Shown here one piece after another: positions 1 through 10,746 of a stretch of DNA of 64,000 bases. A program made the position numbers and the translations under genes. Source of the stretch: an uncultured cyanobacterium (GTDB lineage Bacteria; Cyanobacteriota; Cyanobacteriia; Phormidesmidales; Phormidesmidaceae); NCBI GenBank assembly GCA_963793265.1, contig CAWBZI010000007.1:384001-448000 (forward strand), in the 5' to 3' direction. Every line of letters begins with the position of its first letter. Positions within the stretch are counted from its first letter, which is position 1. Under the pieces are notes generated by a model. The model did no database searches and was not told the origin of the DNA. It was given only the letters and a program-made list of their open reading frames with translations.

Positions 1-2643
1 GGCAACAGCCAAGACAACATCATCAAAGGCAGAGACGGAGACAACAAACTCAAAGGATCTTCAGGTAACGATACTTTAATTGCAGGCTCAGGCACCAACG
101 ACTTAGATGGTGGCACAGGAACCGATATCGCAAGATACAGCAAAACCTCATCTACCATCGGCTCTATCAGCAAAGCCGGTACAACCACAGTCATCGGCAG
201 CGGTGCTGAAGCAGATACCCTCAAGGGCATCGAATACATCGAACTTAACGATGTATGGGTAACCACAAAAACGCTTGCCCAAACCCCCACTATCGAACTA
301 GACGGCATTACCGTTGGCACAAGCGGCGACTCTACCATCCAAGGCTCAGACGCCGACGACAACATCAACAGCCGCGACGGCAACGATATCGTCGATGGCG
401 CAGCCGGTAACGACACCATAGAAGGCGGCAACGGCAACGATAGCCTAAGCGGCAGCGACGGCGACGACACTATCAACGGCGGTGCTGGTAACGATACAAT
501 ACGCGGCGGCAACGGCCAAGACACCTTGACTGGCGATATCGGTAAAGACCGAATCTACGGCAGCGATGGCAACGACAACATCGATGGCGGCAGCGGCGAC
601 GATAACCTCTATGGCGAAAACGGCAACGATAGCCTCTACGGCAACACCGGCAACGATAGCCTCGTAGGCGGCAACGGCGAAGACTACCTCAACGGCGACT
701 CCGGCAACAATCGACTCTTTGGCCAAGGCGGCAACGACACCCTCGTAGGCGGCACCGACAACGACCTCATAAAAGGCGGCGTAGGCAACGACAAACTAAC
801 CGGAGGACGCGGCGACGACAAACTCTACGGCGGCAGCGGCGACGACTATCTAACCGACTACTCCGGCACCAACCGACTCTACGGGCAAGCCGGTAACGAC
901 ACGCTCATTGGCGGCACTGGCAACGACTTTCTAGATGGTGGCAGCGGCCACGATTCACTCTTCTCTGGCAACGGCAGAAACATCATCTACGGCAGACAAG
1001 GAACAGACATCGCCGTCTACAACCAGTACTACGATCAAATAGATGTGCTCAAGAAACTAGACGATGCCGTCAGAGTTGTTGTCAGAGGTCAAAAAACAGA
1101 CACCCTAAGAGGCGTAGAACACCTCGACCTTGTAGATACATGGGTCAGCACACAAACCTTAGAACGCTCTGCTACCGTAGAAATCAACGGCACCACCTAC
1201 GGCCTCAGACTCAAAGACACACTGATCGGCACCAACGAAGCAGACCGCATAGACGCTCGTGCAGGCAACGACGAACTATACGGGAAAGACGGCAATGATA
1301 CCCTCTTGGGTGGCGATGGCAACGACCGCATCGAAGGCGGACGCGGCAACGACACCATCTACGGCGGCGCAGGCGACGACGAAATAGAAGGGTCGGGCGA
1401 AGCAGGCGAAGGCAGCGACGTAATCTATGGCGGCGACGGTAACGACACCATAGAAGATAACCACGGCGATAGCAGAATGTATGGAGAAGCCGGGGATGAC
1501 AGCTTAGAAGGCGGTGACGGTGCTGATATTCTAGACGGTGGTGACGGCAACGACTACATCAGAGGCTTCAAACATGACGACATCATCTACGGCGGCGATG
1601 GCGATGACGAAATCGAAGGCTCAGGCGAGGCAGGCTACGGCAACGACACTATCTACGGCGGCAACGGCAATGACATAATAGAAGATAACTATGGCAACAA
1701 TCGCATCTACGGTGGCAACGGTAACGACACCATCGAAGCAGGAGGATACAACGACTATATCGAAGGCGGGGCAGGCAACGACTACATCAGAGCAGGCAGT
1801 GGCAGCGATGTGATTGAAGGCTCAGGCTCCGCTGGTGCAGGTGCTGACATTATCTATGGCGGCGATGGCGACGACATTATTGAAGACAACTTGGGCGATA
1901 ATCGTCTCTTCGGTGGTGACGGTGACGACAACATAGAAGGCGGTAGCGGCCAAGACTACATAGAAGGTGGTAGCGGTGATGACTATATTAGAGCAGGCAA
2001 CGAAGACGATCGAATAGAAGGAACTGGCGAAGCAGGCTTTGGTGACGACATTATTTACGGTGGCGCTGGCAACGATCAGATAGAAGACAATCACGGCAAC
2101 AATCGCATTTACGGAGAACAAGGCAACGACCATATAGAAGGCGGCAATGGTAAAGACTACATCAATGGTGGGGTGGGTGATGACCGCATTCGAGGCGGCA
2201 GCAATCAAGACAGACTTCTAGGCGGTGCTGGCAATGATTGGCTTTCAGGTGACGGCAACAACGACAATCTAAACGGCGGTGCTGGCAATGACGTCCTCTT
2301 AGGTGGTGATGGCGACGACTTCCTAACAGGTGGCGATGGCCGAGACGAACTCATCGGTGGTGGTGGCCGAGATACTTATTTAGTTGAAGCATCGGCGAGT
2401 GAAGACTTTATTGTAGGATTTGTTAACGACTACGATACGCTAAAGTTAGTAGAAGGAGTTAGCTACTCATCGTTGAACTTTGCGCAAGTAGGAGACAACG
2501 CTCAGATTAGGCTGGGTAGTTCAACGCTTATGGAGCTTCGTGACTTTAATGCCAGTAGTATAGGAAAGGTCACTTTTGGCATAGCGCCACCACTACCGCC
2601 CACCGTAATCAATCGATTTGTCGTTATAGATAAAACAAATTAG
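1..2643 (+). CDS. RTX/hemolysin-type calcium-binding repeat protein (5' end lies outside the window)
   Basis: Frame is open from base 1 (GNSQDNIIKGRDGDN...). Dozens of GGxGxDxxx nonapeptides and a repeat-free C-terminal tail typical of type I secretion substrates. Confidence 0.9.
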   Translation, partial: GNSQDNIIKGRDGDNKLKGSSGNDTLIAGSGTNDLDGGTGTDIARYSKTSSTIGSISKAGTTTVIGSGAEADTLKGIEYIELNDVWVTTKTLAQTPTIELDGITVGTSGDSTIQGSDADDNINSRDGNDIVDGAAGNDTIEGGNGNDSLSGSDGDDTINGGAGNDTIRGGNGQDTLTGDIGKDRIYGSDGNDNIDGGSGDDNLYGENGNDSLYGNTGNDSLVGGNGEDYLNGDSGNNRLFGQGGNDTLVGGTDNDLIKGGVGNDKLTGGRGDDKLYGGSGDDYLTDYSGTNRLYGQAGNDTLIGGTGNDFLDGGSGHDSLFSGNGRNIIYGRQGTDIAVYNQYYDQIDVLKKLDDAVRVVVRGQKTDTLRGVEHLDLVDTWVSTQTLERSATVEINGTTYGLRLKDTLIGTNEADRIDARAGNDELYGKDGNDTLLGGDGNDRIEGGRGNDTIYGGAGDDEIEGSGEAGEGSDVIYGGDGNDTIEDNHGDSRMYGEAGDDSLEGGDGADILDGGDGNDYIRGFKHDDIIYGGDGDDEIEGSGEAGYGNDTIYGGNGNDIIEDNYGNNRIYGGNGNDTIEAGGYNDYIEGGAGNDYIRAGSGSDVIEGSGSAGAGADIIYGGDGDDIIEDNLGDNRLFGGDGDDNIEGGSGQDYIEGGSGDDYIRAGNEDDRIEGTGEAGFGDDIIYGGAGNDQIEDNHGNNRIYGEQGNDHIEGGNGKDYINGGVGDDRIRGGSNQDRLLGGAGNDWLSGDGNNDNLNGGAGNDVLLGGDGDDFLTGGDGRDELIGGGGRDTYLVEASASEDFIVGFVNDYDTLKLVEGVSYSSLNFAQVGDNAQIRLGSSTLMELRDFNASSIGKVTFGIAPPLPPTVINRFVVIDKTN

Positions 2644-2675
2644 AGATAAGCGAAAATTTCTGAAGGTATGTTCGT

Positions 2676-2715
2676 AAAGTAGGCGATGGATAAAGATGTA
2701 TCTGTCGCCTACTTT
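2676..2715 (+). terminator. Intrinsic terminator-like hairpin after the RTX gene
   Basis: AAAGTAGGCGATGGATA pairs with TATCTGTCGCCTACTTT (with G-U pairs). Confidence 0.65.
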
Positions 2716-3123
2716 CATAGGGAAATGCGATCGCTACCCATAAGCAAAAATTGCAACGTGACTAATGCTACAGGCCGCTAGCAGATAATGACAGTCGCGC
2801 GGTATGCTTGAGGCTTGAGCAAAAAAGTTGTGCCGAGCACGTCAATAGCTATCTGCTTCGAGACGGCTTGCTTCAAATTGTGAATCTTTAATATCTGTCC
2901 TTATATCGCCTTGTATCCACTCGCTATTCAACTGCCTTTCATCTTTGGTCTTACGCTGCTACTCCCCTGCATTCTCTACCCGTAGACCTTATTCGCACAT
3001 CACCGCTCCTTCTAGTCTCTTTGTAACTTAGTTCCTCCATTTGCTTGCCGGAATGTAGCTTTGGCCTGTAGTTTTGGCCCGCCGCTATACTCCGCCGCCA
3101 TTGCCCCTCCAGGTACCTCTCAC

Positions 3124-4884
3124 ATGTCTACGCCCGTCCAATCTTTCCAAGATCTCGCCCTCATCGATCCCGTGCTGCAAGCGCTCAACGATGCTGGCTA
3201 CGAAACCCCCACCCCCATTCAAGCCAAAACCATTCCCCCCCTCATCGAAGGGCGAGACATCATCGGCCAGGCCCAAACCGGCACCGGCAAAACCGCCGCC
3301 TTCGCCCTGCCCATCCTCTCCCACATCGACACCTCCAATAACCGCCCCCAAGCGCTCGTACTCGCCCCCACCCGCGAGCTAGCCCTTCAGGTCGCAGAAG
3401 CCTTTCAGGGCTACGGCAAGCACATCAACGGCTTTCACGTCCTGCCCATCTACGGCGGACAGAGCTACCAAATTCAGCTCAAGCAGCTTAGACGCGCGGC
3501 CCATGTCGTCGTCGGCACACCAGGGCGAGTCATCGACCACATCAAGCGTGGCACCCTCGATCTGTCGAACCTAAAGTATCTGGTGCTAGACGAAGCCGAC
3601 GAAATGCTGCGGATGGGCTTTATTGACGATGTGGAATGGGTGCTAGGCCAAACCCCACCGACTCGGCAAATCGCGCTGTTTTCAGCGACCATGCCGCAGG
3701 TAATTCGCAAAATCGCCCAAAAGCACCTCGATAATCCCATCGAGATTTCCATTCAAAACAAATCCAAAACAGCAGACACCATTCGTCAGCGCTTTTGGTC
3801 AGTCAGCGGCTACCACAAGCTCGATGCGCTCACCCGCATTTTAGAAGTCGAAGCCTTCGACGGCATGATCGTGTTCGTGCGGACTAAAGTCGCCACCGTA
3901 GAGCTATCTGAGAAGCTAGAGGCCAGAGGCTACAACACCGCGCCGCTGAGCGGAGACGTGCCGCAAAACCAGCGTGAGCGGACGGTGGACAGGCTGAAAA
4001 AAGGCAAGCTCGATATTTTAGTCGCTACCGATGTTGCCGCCCGTGGCCTCGACGTAGAGCGCATTAGCCACGTGATTAATTACGATATGCCCTACGACCC
4101 GGAGGCTTACGTGCACCGGATTGGGCGAACTGGGCGAGCTGGGCGTAAGGGTGAGGCCATTTTGTTTGTTACCCCTCGTGAAAAGCGCCTGCTCAATTCG
4201 TTAGAGCGCTCTACTAAGCAAAGGATTGAGCGGATGGAAATGCCGTCTACGGAGACAGTGAATAACCAGCGGATTGCCCGGTTTAAGCAGCGGATTACAG
4301 ATACGCTGGCTGAAGAAGATTCTGATTTCTTCAAGCGGATTGTGGAGCAATATGAGCAGGAGCACGATATCCCCGCTCTAGAGGTTGCCGCTGCGCTGGC
4401 GCATTTGCTACAGGGTGACGAGCCGTTGCTATTAGAAGAGCGGGCTACGCCTCAAAGAGGGCGAGATGGTGACTATAGAGATCGTAACGGGCGCGATCGC
4501 GGTGGCCCCGGCATGAACGGTCAAACTAGCGTCGGCATGGAGCGCTTTAGAGTGGAAGTAGGCCGCAGTCATAACGTAAAGCCAGGGCATATTGTGGGCG
4601 CGATCGCCAACGAAACCGGCCTCGCCAACCGCCACATCGGCAAAATCAGCATCGAAGACGACCACAGCACCGTTGATCTGCCAGTGGGCATTCCCAAAGA
4701 AACCTTTGAGCTGCTGCAAAAGGTATCGGTACTAGGCCATCCGATGAATATTTCTAGCCTGGGCGAAACCCGCGACGATGGGAACTGGCGCGAGGGTAGA
4801 CCCGCTAAGCGTAGGCGGAGAAGTGGGCCGACGAGTCCACCGAGAAAGAAGCATCGGCCTAGTAAAGAGAAACCTCAGACGTAA
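3124..4884 (+). CDS. deaD: DEAD-box RNA helicase, DeaD/CsdA type with a C-terminal DbpA-like RNA-binding domain
   Basis: Motifs AQTGTGKT, PTRELA, DEADEML, SAT, HRIGRTGRAG and C-terminal VKPGHIVGAIANE. ATG at 3124 preferred over TTG at 3061. Confidence 0.9.
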   Translation: MSTPVQSFQDLALIDPVLQALNDAGYETPTPIQAKTIPPLIEGRDIIGQAQTGTGKTAAFALPILSHIDTSNNRPQALVLAPTRELALQVAEAFQGYGKHINGFHVLPIYGGQSYQIQLKQLRRAAHVVVGTPGRVIDHIKRGTLDLSNLKYLVLDEADEMLRMGFIDDVEWVLGQTPPTRQIALFSATMPQVIRKIAQKHLDNPIEISIQNKSKTADTIRQRFWSVSGYHKLDALTRILEVEAFDGMIVFVRTKVATVELSEKLEARGYNTAPLSGDVPQNQRERTVDRLKKGKLDILVATDVAARGLDVERISHVINYDMPYDPEAYVHRIGRTGRAGRKGEAILFVTPREKRLLNSLERSTKQRIERMEMPSTETVNNQRIARFKQRITDTLAEEDSDFFKRIVEQYEQEHDIPALEVAAALAHLLQGDEPLLLEERATPQRGRDGDYRDRNGRDRGGPGMNGQTSVGMERFRVEVGRSHNVKPGHIVGAIANETGLANRHIGKISIEDDHSTVDLPVGIPKETFELLQKVSVLGHPMNISSLGETRDDGNWREGRPAKRRRRSGPTSPPRKKHRPSKEKPQT

Positions 4885-4904
4885 GCGATTTAAGGGCGGA
4901 TTTT

Positions 4905-6107
4905 CTATTCGTGAATCCGCCCGTTCGGCATAATCGTCCCGGTTAGTCTCGCTCCCAGCAGCTTCACCATAATCTTGTCGCCATACCCAACTTTGGCTCC
5001 GCTCAAGTCCGCTCCGCTTAAGTCTGCGCCACTCAAATCCGCGCCAATCAAGTCCGCCCCACTCAAGTCCGCGTGGCTCAAATCGGCCTGAAGCAGATTA
5101 GCTCGAAACAGCCGCGCCTTCCGCAAATTAGCCCGATTTAAATTCACCTTATGCATAAAGGTGTCGCTCAGATCTGCGCCCGCTAAATTAGCATTGCTCA
5201 AATTACGCCCTGAAAAGTCTTTTTCCTTTAGGTTCGCCCCCCGCATATCTACCCCACTCAGATCAGGGTCGCGTTTAGCCCTGGCCGACTGACTCTCAGA
5301 CGTTCTAGAAGGGTAGCCGCTTGCTTGGTAAGGATAAGGGCTCGACGGATAGCCTGACGACTGCGAAGCAGCCTGTGACGCAGGCGGAGCCGAAGCCTTA
5401 CGAATGCGATCTTGCGCCCGACTTACCGTGCGCTCTGAAGCCTTACGCTGAGCGTCGGCTGTCTTTTGTTCAGCGCTTTTTGAAGCGCTAGATGGGCTAG
5501 CGGCTTTAGCACTCGCGCTTGTAGTCCCATTCTGAGACTTGCTGTCGGTGGTGCTAGTGCGATCGCCTCCACTTGCCTTTTGATCCCGACGTGGCCACTG
5601 ACTGCTCGGATAGCTCCCTGCACCGTTCGTAGCAGAGTTTGACCCGTAAGTACTGGCATAGCTACTAGCCGCACGACGATAGGCTTCATAGGGCGGACGA
5701 TAGCTCCCAGCCCGAGTGCTACTGCCGTTGGTACTGCTGCTGCTAGCACTAGCCGACCGGCTACCCGTACGACTGTAAGGGCGATAGGTAGAGTCGTCGC
5801 CGGGGCGGTAGTAGGTAGAAGACCGTGCGTTGCGAGCATAGGCAGAAGCCGTTTTCGTCCTAGAAGCGCTAGTAGATGTGCTAGCTGATGAGCCCTTGCC
5901 GTTTTTAGCCTGTGATCGCAAAAAGCTACGCGCCTCATTCAGCGCCTTGAGCTTAGCTTCAGCTTTTTCCTTCAGGCGATGGCGATCGCTCGGAATCCGA
6001 TCGGGATGCCAAATAAACACCAGATCCTTATAGGACTGGTTTACCTGGAACATAGAAGCACCCGGCTCCAGCTCTAGAACTTGATAAGCTTGCTCAGTTT
6101 GATCCAT
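4905..6107 (-). CDS. J-domain (DnaJ-like) protein with C-terminal pentapeptide repeats
   Basis: N-terminal WHPDR J-domain, Ser/Ala-rich linker, A(D/N)LSG repeats. Confidence 0.85.
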   Translation of the reverse strand: MDQTEQAYQVLELEPGASMFQVNQSYKDLVFIWHPDRIPSDRHRLKEKAEAKLKALNEARSFLRSQAKNGKGSSASTSTSASRTKTASAYARNARSSTYYRPGDDSTYRPYSRTGSRSASASSSSTNGSSTRAGSYRPPYEAYRRAASSYASTYGSNSATNGAGSYPSSQWPRRDQKASGGDRTSTTDSKSQNGTTSASAKAASPSSASKSAEQKTADAQRKASERTVSRAQDRIRKASAPPASQAASQSSGYPSSPYPYQASGYPSRTSESQSARAKRDPDLSGVDMRGANLKEKDFSGRNLSNANLAGADLSDTFMHKVNLNRANLRKARLFRANLLQADLSHADLSGADLIGADLSGADLSGADLSGAKVGYGDKIMVKLLGARLTGTIMPNGRIHE

Positions 6108-6306
6108 ACGCGCTGTGTCAGCGGGGTTTTACAAATATCGTCGAAGTTTTTAGGCGGATATCTTTGGTATGACTGGGCTATGGCCAGCGATAGGGTGCTG
6201 TTATGAAAGTAATTAGATTAGATTATGACCCATCGACCTCACAACCTGCCGCAATCACAGCAAACCTTAAGAACCTGGCTCAACCTTCTGCAAGGGTCAC
6301 CTACGC

Positions 6307-8127
6307 CTAATACTCCTCAATACCAAGCTCATAGATGTTCCACAGCAGCCCACCGAGCGCTGTGTACTGTACATTTGTGATTTTATTACGCGCCGCACTC
6401 ATAGAGTACTGACCAACCAAATGAATGAAAGGCAGATTCTCCTGAACAAGCTTTTGCGTTTCCACGTAAAGCGCTTTACGTTTCGTTTCATCTAGCTCCT
6501 GAGCGGCTTTCACATACAGATCACCGATTCTTTGCTCCCAGTCGGCCACCTTACGGCCAGGCAAAGGCGGTTGCCCTTGAGGCTGCTGATTAAAGATATG
6601 TAGATTGCCATTAGGAAACCACAGGCTAGCGCTACCGTTGGGCTCTACACCAGCGCCAAAGCCCATAATCATGGCATCCCAAGCCAGCGTACTATCCATA
6701 TTTTCGATTAGCTTATTAAAGTCAATCGGCTGAAAATCTACCGTAATGCCAAGTTTGGCTAGGTTTTGTTTGATCTGTGCGCCCGCAGATTCTCGTATTT
6801 TGTTGCCAACGTTGGTTTGAAGCGTAAAGCGCACCCGGTTGCCGTCAGCGTCGACAAGCTGAGAGCCTTCGTACTTGAAGCCCGCAGACGTTAATAAAGC
6901 CTTTGCTTTCTCAATGTCGTAGTCGTAAATCGGGATGCCAGTCTCAGCAAAATATGGGCTTTGCGGCGCAATTTGTGAATTTTGCAGCTCGCCCAAACCC
7001 TTAAATATGTTGTTGAGCATGGTGTCACGATCGATGGCATAGGCGATCGCCTGCCTAAACTCTACCGTGTTAAACCAGGCTGATTTGACCGGATCAACCA
7101 CGGGCTTACCGTTGAGTGAGCCCGTGTTGAGGTTAAACATTAAAAACAGGCGTGTCGTCGTCGGCCCGCCGTTGTATACGGTGTAGTTGCCCTGTTCTTC
7201 GTCCTGCTTCATCAGGCTAAAGTTATCAGGCGTAACGGCCATCAAGTCAGAGTCACCTGAGCGAAAGCGGACGAATTCTGCATCTTGAGAACTAACCACT
7301 GGCCATACAATTTCCTCAATATATGGCTGAGGCTCGCCGTTAGGCCCTTCTCGCCAGTAGTAAGGGTTGCGTTCAAAAGCAATCCGCTCGCCGGGAAGGA
7401 AACTCTTAATCACATATGGGCCGTTGCCGACAATCTCAGTGGGGTTTGTGTCAGTGCCCCAGGTAGAGAGAAATACAGGCAGGCCGTTTTCATCCTCAGT
7501 TGTGGCGGCTTCTTCGAGAATATGCTTAGGCAAAATTCCCAGCCCCGTATTGCGCAAAAAGGGTGCAAACGTTTCTTCAATTTTGAACTGCACGCGACGG
7601 GAGTCTAGCTTGCTGACCTGCGGCAGCGTTCCGGCCTCGCCTACTCTCAGGAAATCGCGCTTGTTCGTCGTAATTTTCTCATTAAAAATCAGCGTGTTAT
7701 AGGTGAACACAACGTCATCTACCGTCAGCGGCTCACCGTCAGACCACTTCAGATCTTCTCTAAGCGTAAAGACAATGGTTTTCCCCTCATCGGCAACCGT
7801 CCAAGACTCTGCGATCGCCGGTACAATCTCATTGGTATTCGCATCAATAGTCGTCAGTCCTTCGTACAGCAGCGCCAGCACATCGCTACTAGCGCTCTCA
7901 TCCACCAGAATGTAGTTAAACGTCTTGGGTTCACCAATGACGGTGCTAATCAGCGTCGGTACGTCGCTATCATTAGTTCTGAAGTTTTCTAACCTCAGCT
8001 CGCTCAAGGGGCCGCGTTCAACGGTTTGACAGCTCGGCAGCGCGATCGCTACCGAGCACATCAACAGCCCCAACAGCACCAGCCGCCACAGACGATTGAT
8101 TCGATACCCCAATACTTGCCGACCCAT
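6307..8127 (-). CDS. ABC transporter substrate-binding lipoprotein, family 5 (peptide/nickel)
   Basis: Lipobox-like LPSC, LKWSDGEPLTVDDVVFT, GNGPY, FRQAIAYAIDR. Confidence 0.85.
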   Translation of the reverse strand: MGRQVLGYRINRLWRLVLLGLLMCSVAIALPSCQTVERGPLSELRLENFRTNDSDVPTLISTVIGEPKTFNYILVDESASSDVLALLYEGLTTIDANTNEIVPAIAESWTVADEGKTIVFTLREDLKWSDGEPLTVDDVVFTYNTLIFNEKITTNKRDFLRVGEAGTLPQVSKLDSRRVQFKIEETFAPFLRNTGLGILPKHILEEAATTEDENGLPVFLSTWGTDTNPTEIVGNGPYVIKSFLPGERIAFERNPYYWREGPNGEPQPYIEEIVWPVVSSQDAEFVRFRSGDSDLMAVTPDNFSLMKQDEEQGNYTVYNGGPTTTRLFLMFNLNTGSLNGKPVVDPVKSAWFNTVEFRQAIAYAIDRDTMLNNIFKGLGELQNSQIAPQSPYFAETGIPIYDYDIEKAKALLTSAGFKYEGSQLVDADGNRVRFTLQTNVGNKIRESAGAQIKQNLAKLGITVDFQPIDFNKLIENMDSTLAWDAMIMGFGAGVEPNGSASLWFPNGNLHIFNQQPQGQPPLPGRKVADWEQRIGDLYVKAAQELDETKRKALYVETQKLVQENLPFIHLVGQYSMSAARNKITNVQYTALGGLLWNIYELGIEEY

Positions 8128-8228
8128 AAGCTTAAGAAACTAGCGAACGTTTAGATCAATATAGATAAAAACACGTCGCTTGCGTAACAGCCTCCCAGTA
8201 ATTGAGCAGCAATTGATCAATAAACCCC

Positions 8229-10352
8229 CTACAAAGGGCTCTGAAGCACAACCAGACTGCGGGCTGCAACCGGAATTTGGTCATCTTTACGAAACGTCTT
8301 AGAGCGTTTGGCAAACCCTTCGGACTTGGTGTCGAGCAGTAGCCGCCAGCGGCGATCGCGCACATCTTTCGGCAGCGAAAACTCCAGCGTGTCGTAATGC
8401 GCATTAAACATCAGCAAAAAGCTATCGTCTAGCACCTGCTCACCCTTATGCGAAGGCGTGGCAATCTCCTCCCCATTCAAAAACACCGTCAGCGTTTTGA
8501 CAAAGCCCGCATCCCACTCATCCTGCATAGGGTTGCCTTCTACATTAAACCAGCCAATATCAACCACACCCGAGCCGTGCAGCTCTCTGCCATAAAACCA
8601 GCGACGTCGACGCAGCACCGGATGATCCCGCAGCATTTTGATCAGCCTTTGGGTGTAGCGCAGCAGCTCCTTATTCGCCTCAGTTAAGTCCCAATTAATC
8701 CAAGAAAGCTCGTCGTCATGGCAGTAGGTATTGTTGTTACCGTTTTGCGATCGCCCCATCTCATCGCCCGCCAATAACATCGGCACCCCCTGCGATAAAA
8801 TCAGCGTCGCCAGCATATTCCGCTGCTGCTGCGCCCTGAGTGCCAACACGTCCGGCTTATTGGTTTTACCCTCCACACCACAGTTCCAAGAGCGATTGTG
8901 CTCCTCCCCATCGCGATTGTCTTCGCCGTTCGCCTCATTGTGCTTGTGGTTATAGCTCACCAAATCACGCAGCGTAAAGCCATCGTGCGCCGTCACAAAA
9001 TTAATACTTGCGTGAGGCCGTCTACCCGTGTGCTCATACAGATCCGAGCTACCCGTAAAGCGCAGCGCAAACTCACCGAGCGTACTGTCTTCACCGCGCC
9101 AAAAGTCACGCACCGTATCGCGATACTGCCCGTTCCACTCCGACCACAGCAGCGGAAACTTACCTACCTGATAGCCGCCATCACCTACGTCCCAAGGCTC
9201 TGCAATCAGCTTCACCTTCGAGATCACCGGATCTTGGTGAATAATGTCAAAGAACGTCGCTAGCGTCCCCACCTCAAACAGCTCACGAGCTAGCGCCGAT
9301 GCCAAATCAAACCGAAAGCCATCTACGTGCATTTCCTGCACCCAGTAGCGCAGGCTGTCCATAATTAGCTTAAGCACCTGCGGATGGCTCATTCTCAGCG
9401 AATTACCACAGCCGGTATAGTCCATGTAATACCGCTCACTGCCCTCCACTAGGCGATAGTAAGCAGCATTATCTACCCCCCGAAAGCTCAGCGTCGGCCC
9501 CATGTGGTTGCCTTCGCCCGTGTGGTTGTACACCACATCTAAAATCACCTCCATCCCCTCGGCATGAAGCGACTTCACCATCTCCTTGAACTCACGTACC
9601 TGCTGCCCTTCTATGCCACTCGCGCTGTAGCCCGAATAGGGTGCAAAGTAGTTAAGCGAATCGTAGCCCCAATAGTTCTTCAATTCCTTACTTACTAAGT
9701 AGCCAGGCTTGGCGTGAAAGTGATGGATCGGCATCAGCTCTACAGCCGTGATTCCCAAGCTCTTAAGATGCTTAACGGCTGCCGGATGCGCTAAGCCTGC
9801 ATAGGTTCCCCGCAGCTTTTTTGGCACTTTAGGGTGCAGCTTAGTAAAGCCCTTAACGTGCGTCTCGTAGATGACGGTTTCATTCCACGGGATTTGTGGC
9901 AGGCGATCGCCCTCCCAGTCAAATGTTGTATCGACCACCACGCACTTAGGCATTGACTTAGCGCTGTCGTCTTCGTTGTAGCTCAGGTCATCGCCCTCAG
10001 TATTCCAGCAGTAGCCAAACGTTGGCTGCCCGGAAGTCACATCGCCTGCGATCGCCTGCGCGTAAGGATCAATCAGCAGCTTATTCGGATTAAACCGATG
10101 TCCGTTCTGCGGTTCATAAGGCCCGTGCACCCGAAAGCCGTATCGCTGACCGGGCTCTACGCCCAAAAAGTAACCGTGCCACACAAAGTTATACACCTCA
10201 TGAAGCGGGTAGCGAGTTTCTTTACCTCGCTTAGTAAATAAGCACAGCTCTACCTTGGTTGCATTCTCTGAAAAGAGCGCAAAGTTCGTGCCCCGACCGT
10301 CCCAAGTTGCGCCTAAATCGTTCGCTGTGCCAGGTAATTGCCGAATGTCCAT
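8229..10352 (-). CDS. glgX: Glycogen debranching enzyme (isoamylase), copy 1
   Basis: GH13 motifs NYWGYD, DVVYNH, VDGFRFDLA, IAEPWD, FVTAHDGFTL. Confidence 0.95.
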   Translation of the reverse strand: MDIRQLPGTANDLGATWDGRGTNFALFSENATKVELCLFTKRGKETRYPLHEVYNFVWHGYFLGVEPGQRYGFRVHGPYEPQNGHRFNPNKLLIDPYAQAIAGDVTSGQPTFGYCWNTEGDDLSYNEDDSAKSMPKCVVVDTTFDWEGDRLPQIPWNETVIYETHVKGFTKLHPKVPKKLRGTYAGLAHPAAVKHLKSLGITAVELMPIHHFHAKPGYLVSKELKNYWGYDSLNYFAPYSGYSASGIEGQQVREFKEMVKSLHAEGMEVILDVVYNHTGEGNHMGPTLSFRGVDNAAYYRLVEGSERYYMDYTGCGNSLRMSHPQVLKLIMDSLRYWVQEMHVDGFRFDLASALARELFEVGTLATFFDIIHQDPVISKVKLIAEPWDVGDGGYQVGKFPLLWSEWNGQYRDTVRDFWRGEDSTLGEFALRFTGSSDLYEHTGRRPHASINFVTAHDGFTLRDLVSYNHKHNEANGEDNRDGEEHNRSWNCGVEGKTNKPDVLALRAQQQRNMLATLILSQGVPMLLAGDEMGRSQNGNNNTYCHDDELSWINWDLTEANKELLRYTQRLIKMLRDHPVLRRRRWFYGRELHGSGVVDIGWFNVEGNPMQDEWDAGFVKTLTVFLNGEEIATPSHKGEQVLDDSFLLMFNAHYDTLEFSLPKDVRDRRWRLLLDTKSEGFAKRSKTFRKDDQIPVAARSLVVLQSPL

Positions 10353-10621
10353 ATGAAAATCAAACTTGTAGAAGAGGAGGCGATCGCGTCTAAGGTAATG
10401 TTCTTATATCAGAATTTATTGCTGAATACACTTAAGCTTAATAGATACAGCGTTTTAAGCCCACCGCGCATCCTCCACACGACAAAGAGGGTCTGTACCA
10501 AATTATGTCTATAGAGAGTTGATCGTTTTTACTTGCAGCGTCTTTCTACGTGCATCAATAATAAGCACGCACTAAATAGTGTGCTTCACCATCCTGTAGA
10601 GGTATCGAGTTGGGCCAAAAA

Positions 10622-10637
10622 GTATCAAACATGATAC
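10622..10637. promoter_or_regulatory. Palindromic operator candidate for the toxin-antitoxin promoter
   Basis: GTATCA-AACA-TGATAC perfect 6-bp inverted repeat about 105 bp upstream of the antitoxin. Confidence 0.5.
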
Positions 10638-10650
10638 CTCTGTGGGTGTA

Positions 10651-10746
10651 GATAGTGAGTACAGCTTGCAACTGCGGATATTCGCAAAACTACGAATCGG
10701 ACAAATAGATTTGGCAAGGAAGCATATGAAGGAGATAGATAGATGA
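10651..10746 (+). pseudogene. C-terminal remnant of a RelE/HigB (Gp49-like) toxin
   Basis: Frame reads ...LRIGQIDLARKHMKEIDR*, resembling the IxLARKRMKE end of Gp49-type toxins. Its TGA overlaps the antitoxin ATG (ATGA). Confidence 0.6.

Noticed and set aside
445..2208. Minus-strand hydrophobic ORFs inside the RTX gene
   Set aside because: Antisense shadows of the repetitive GGC/AAC/GAC codons.
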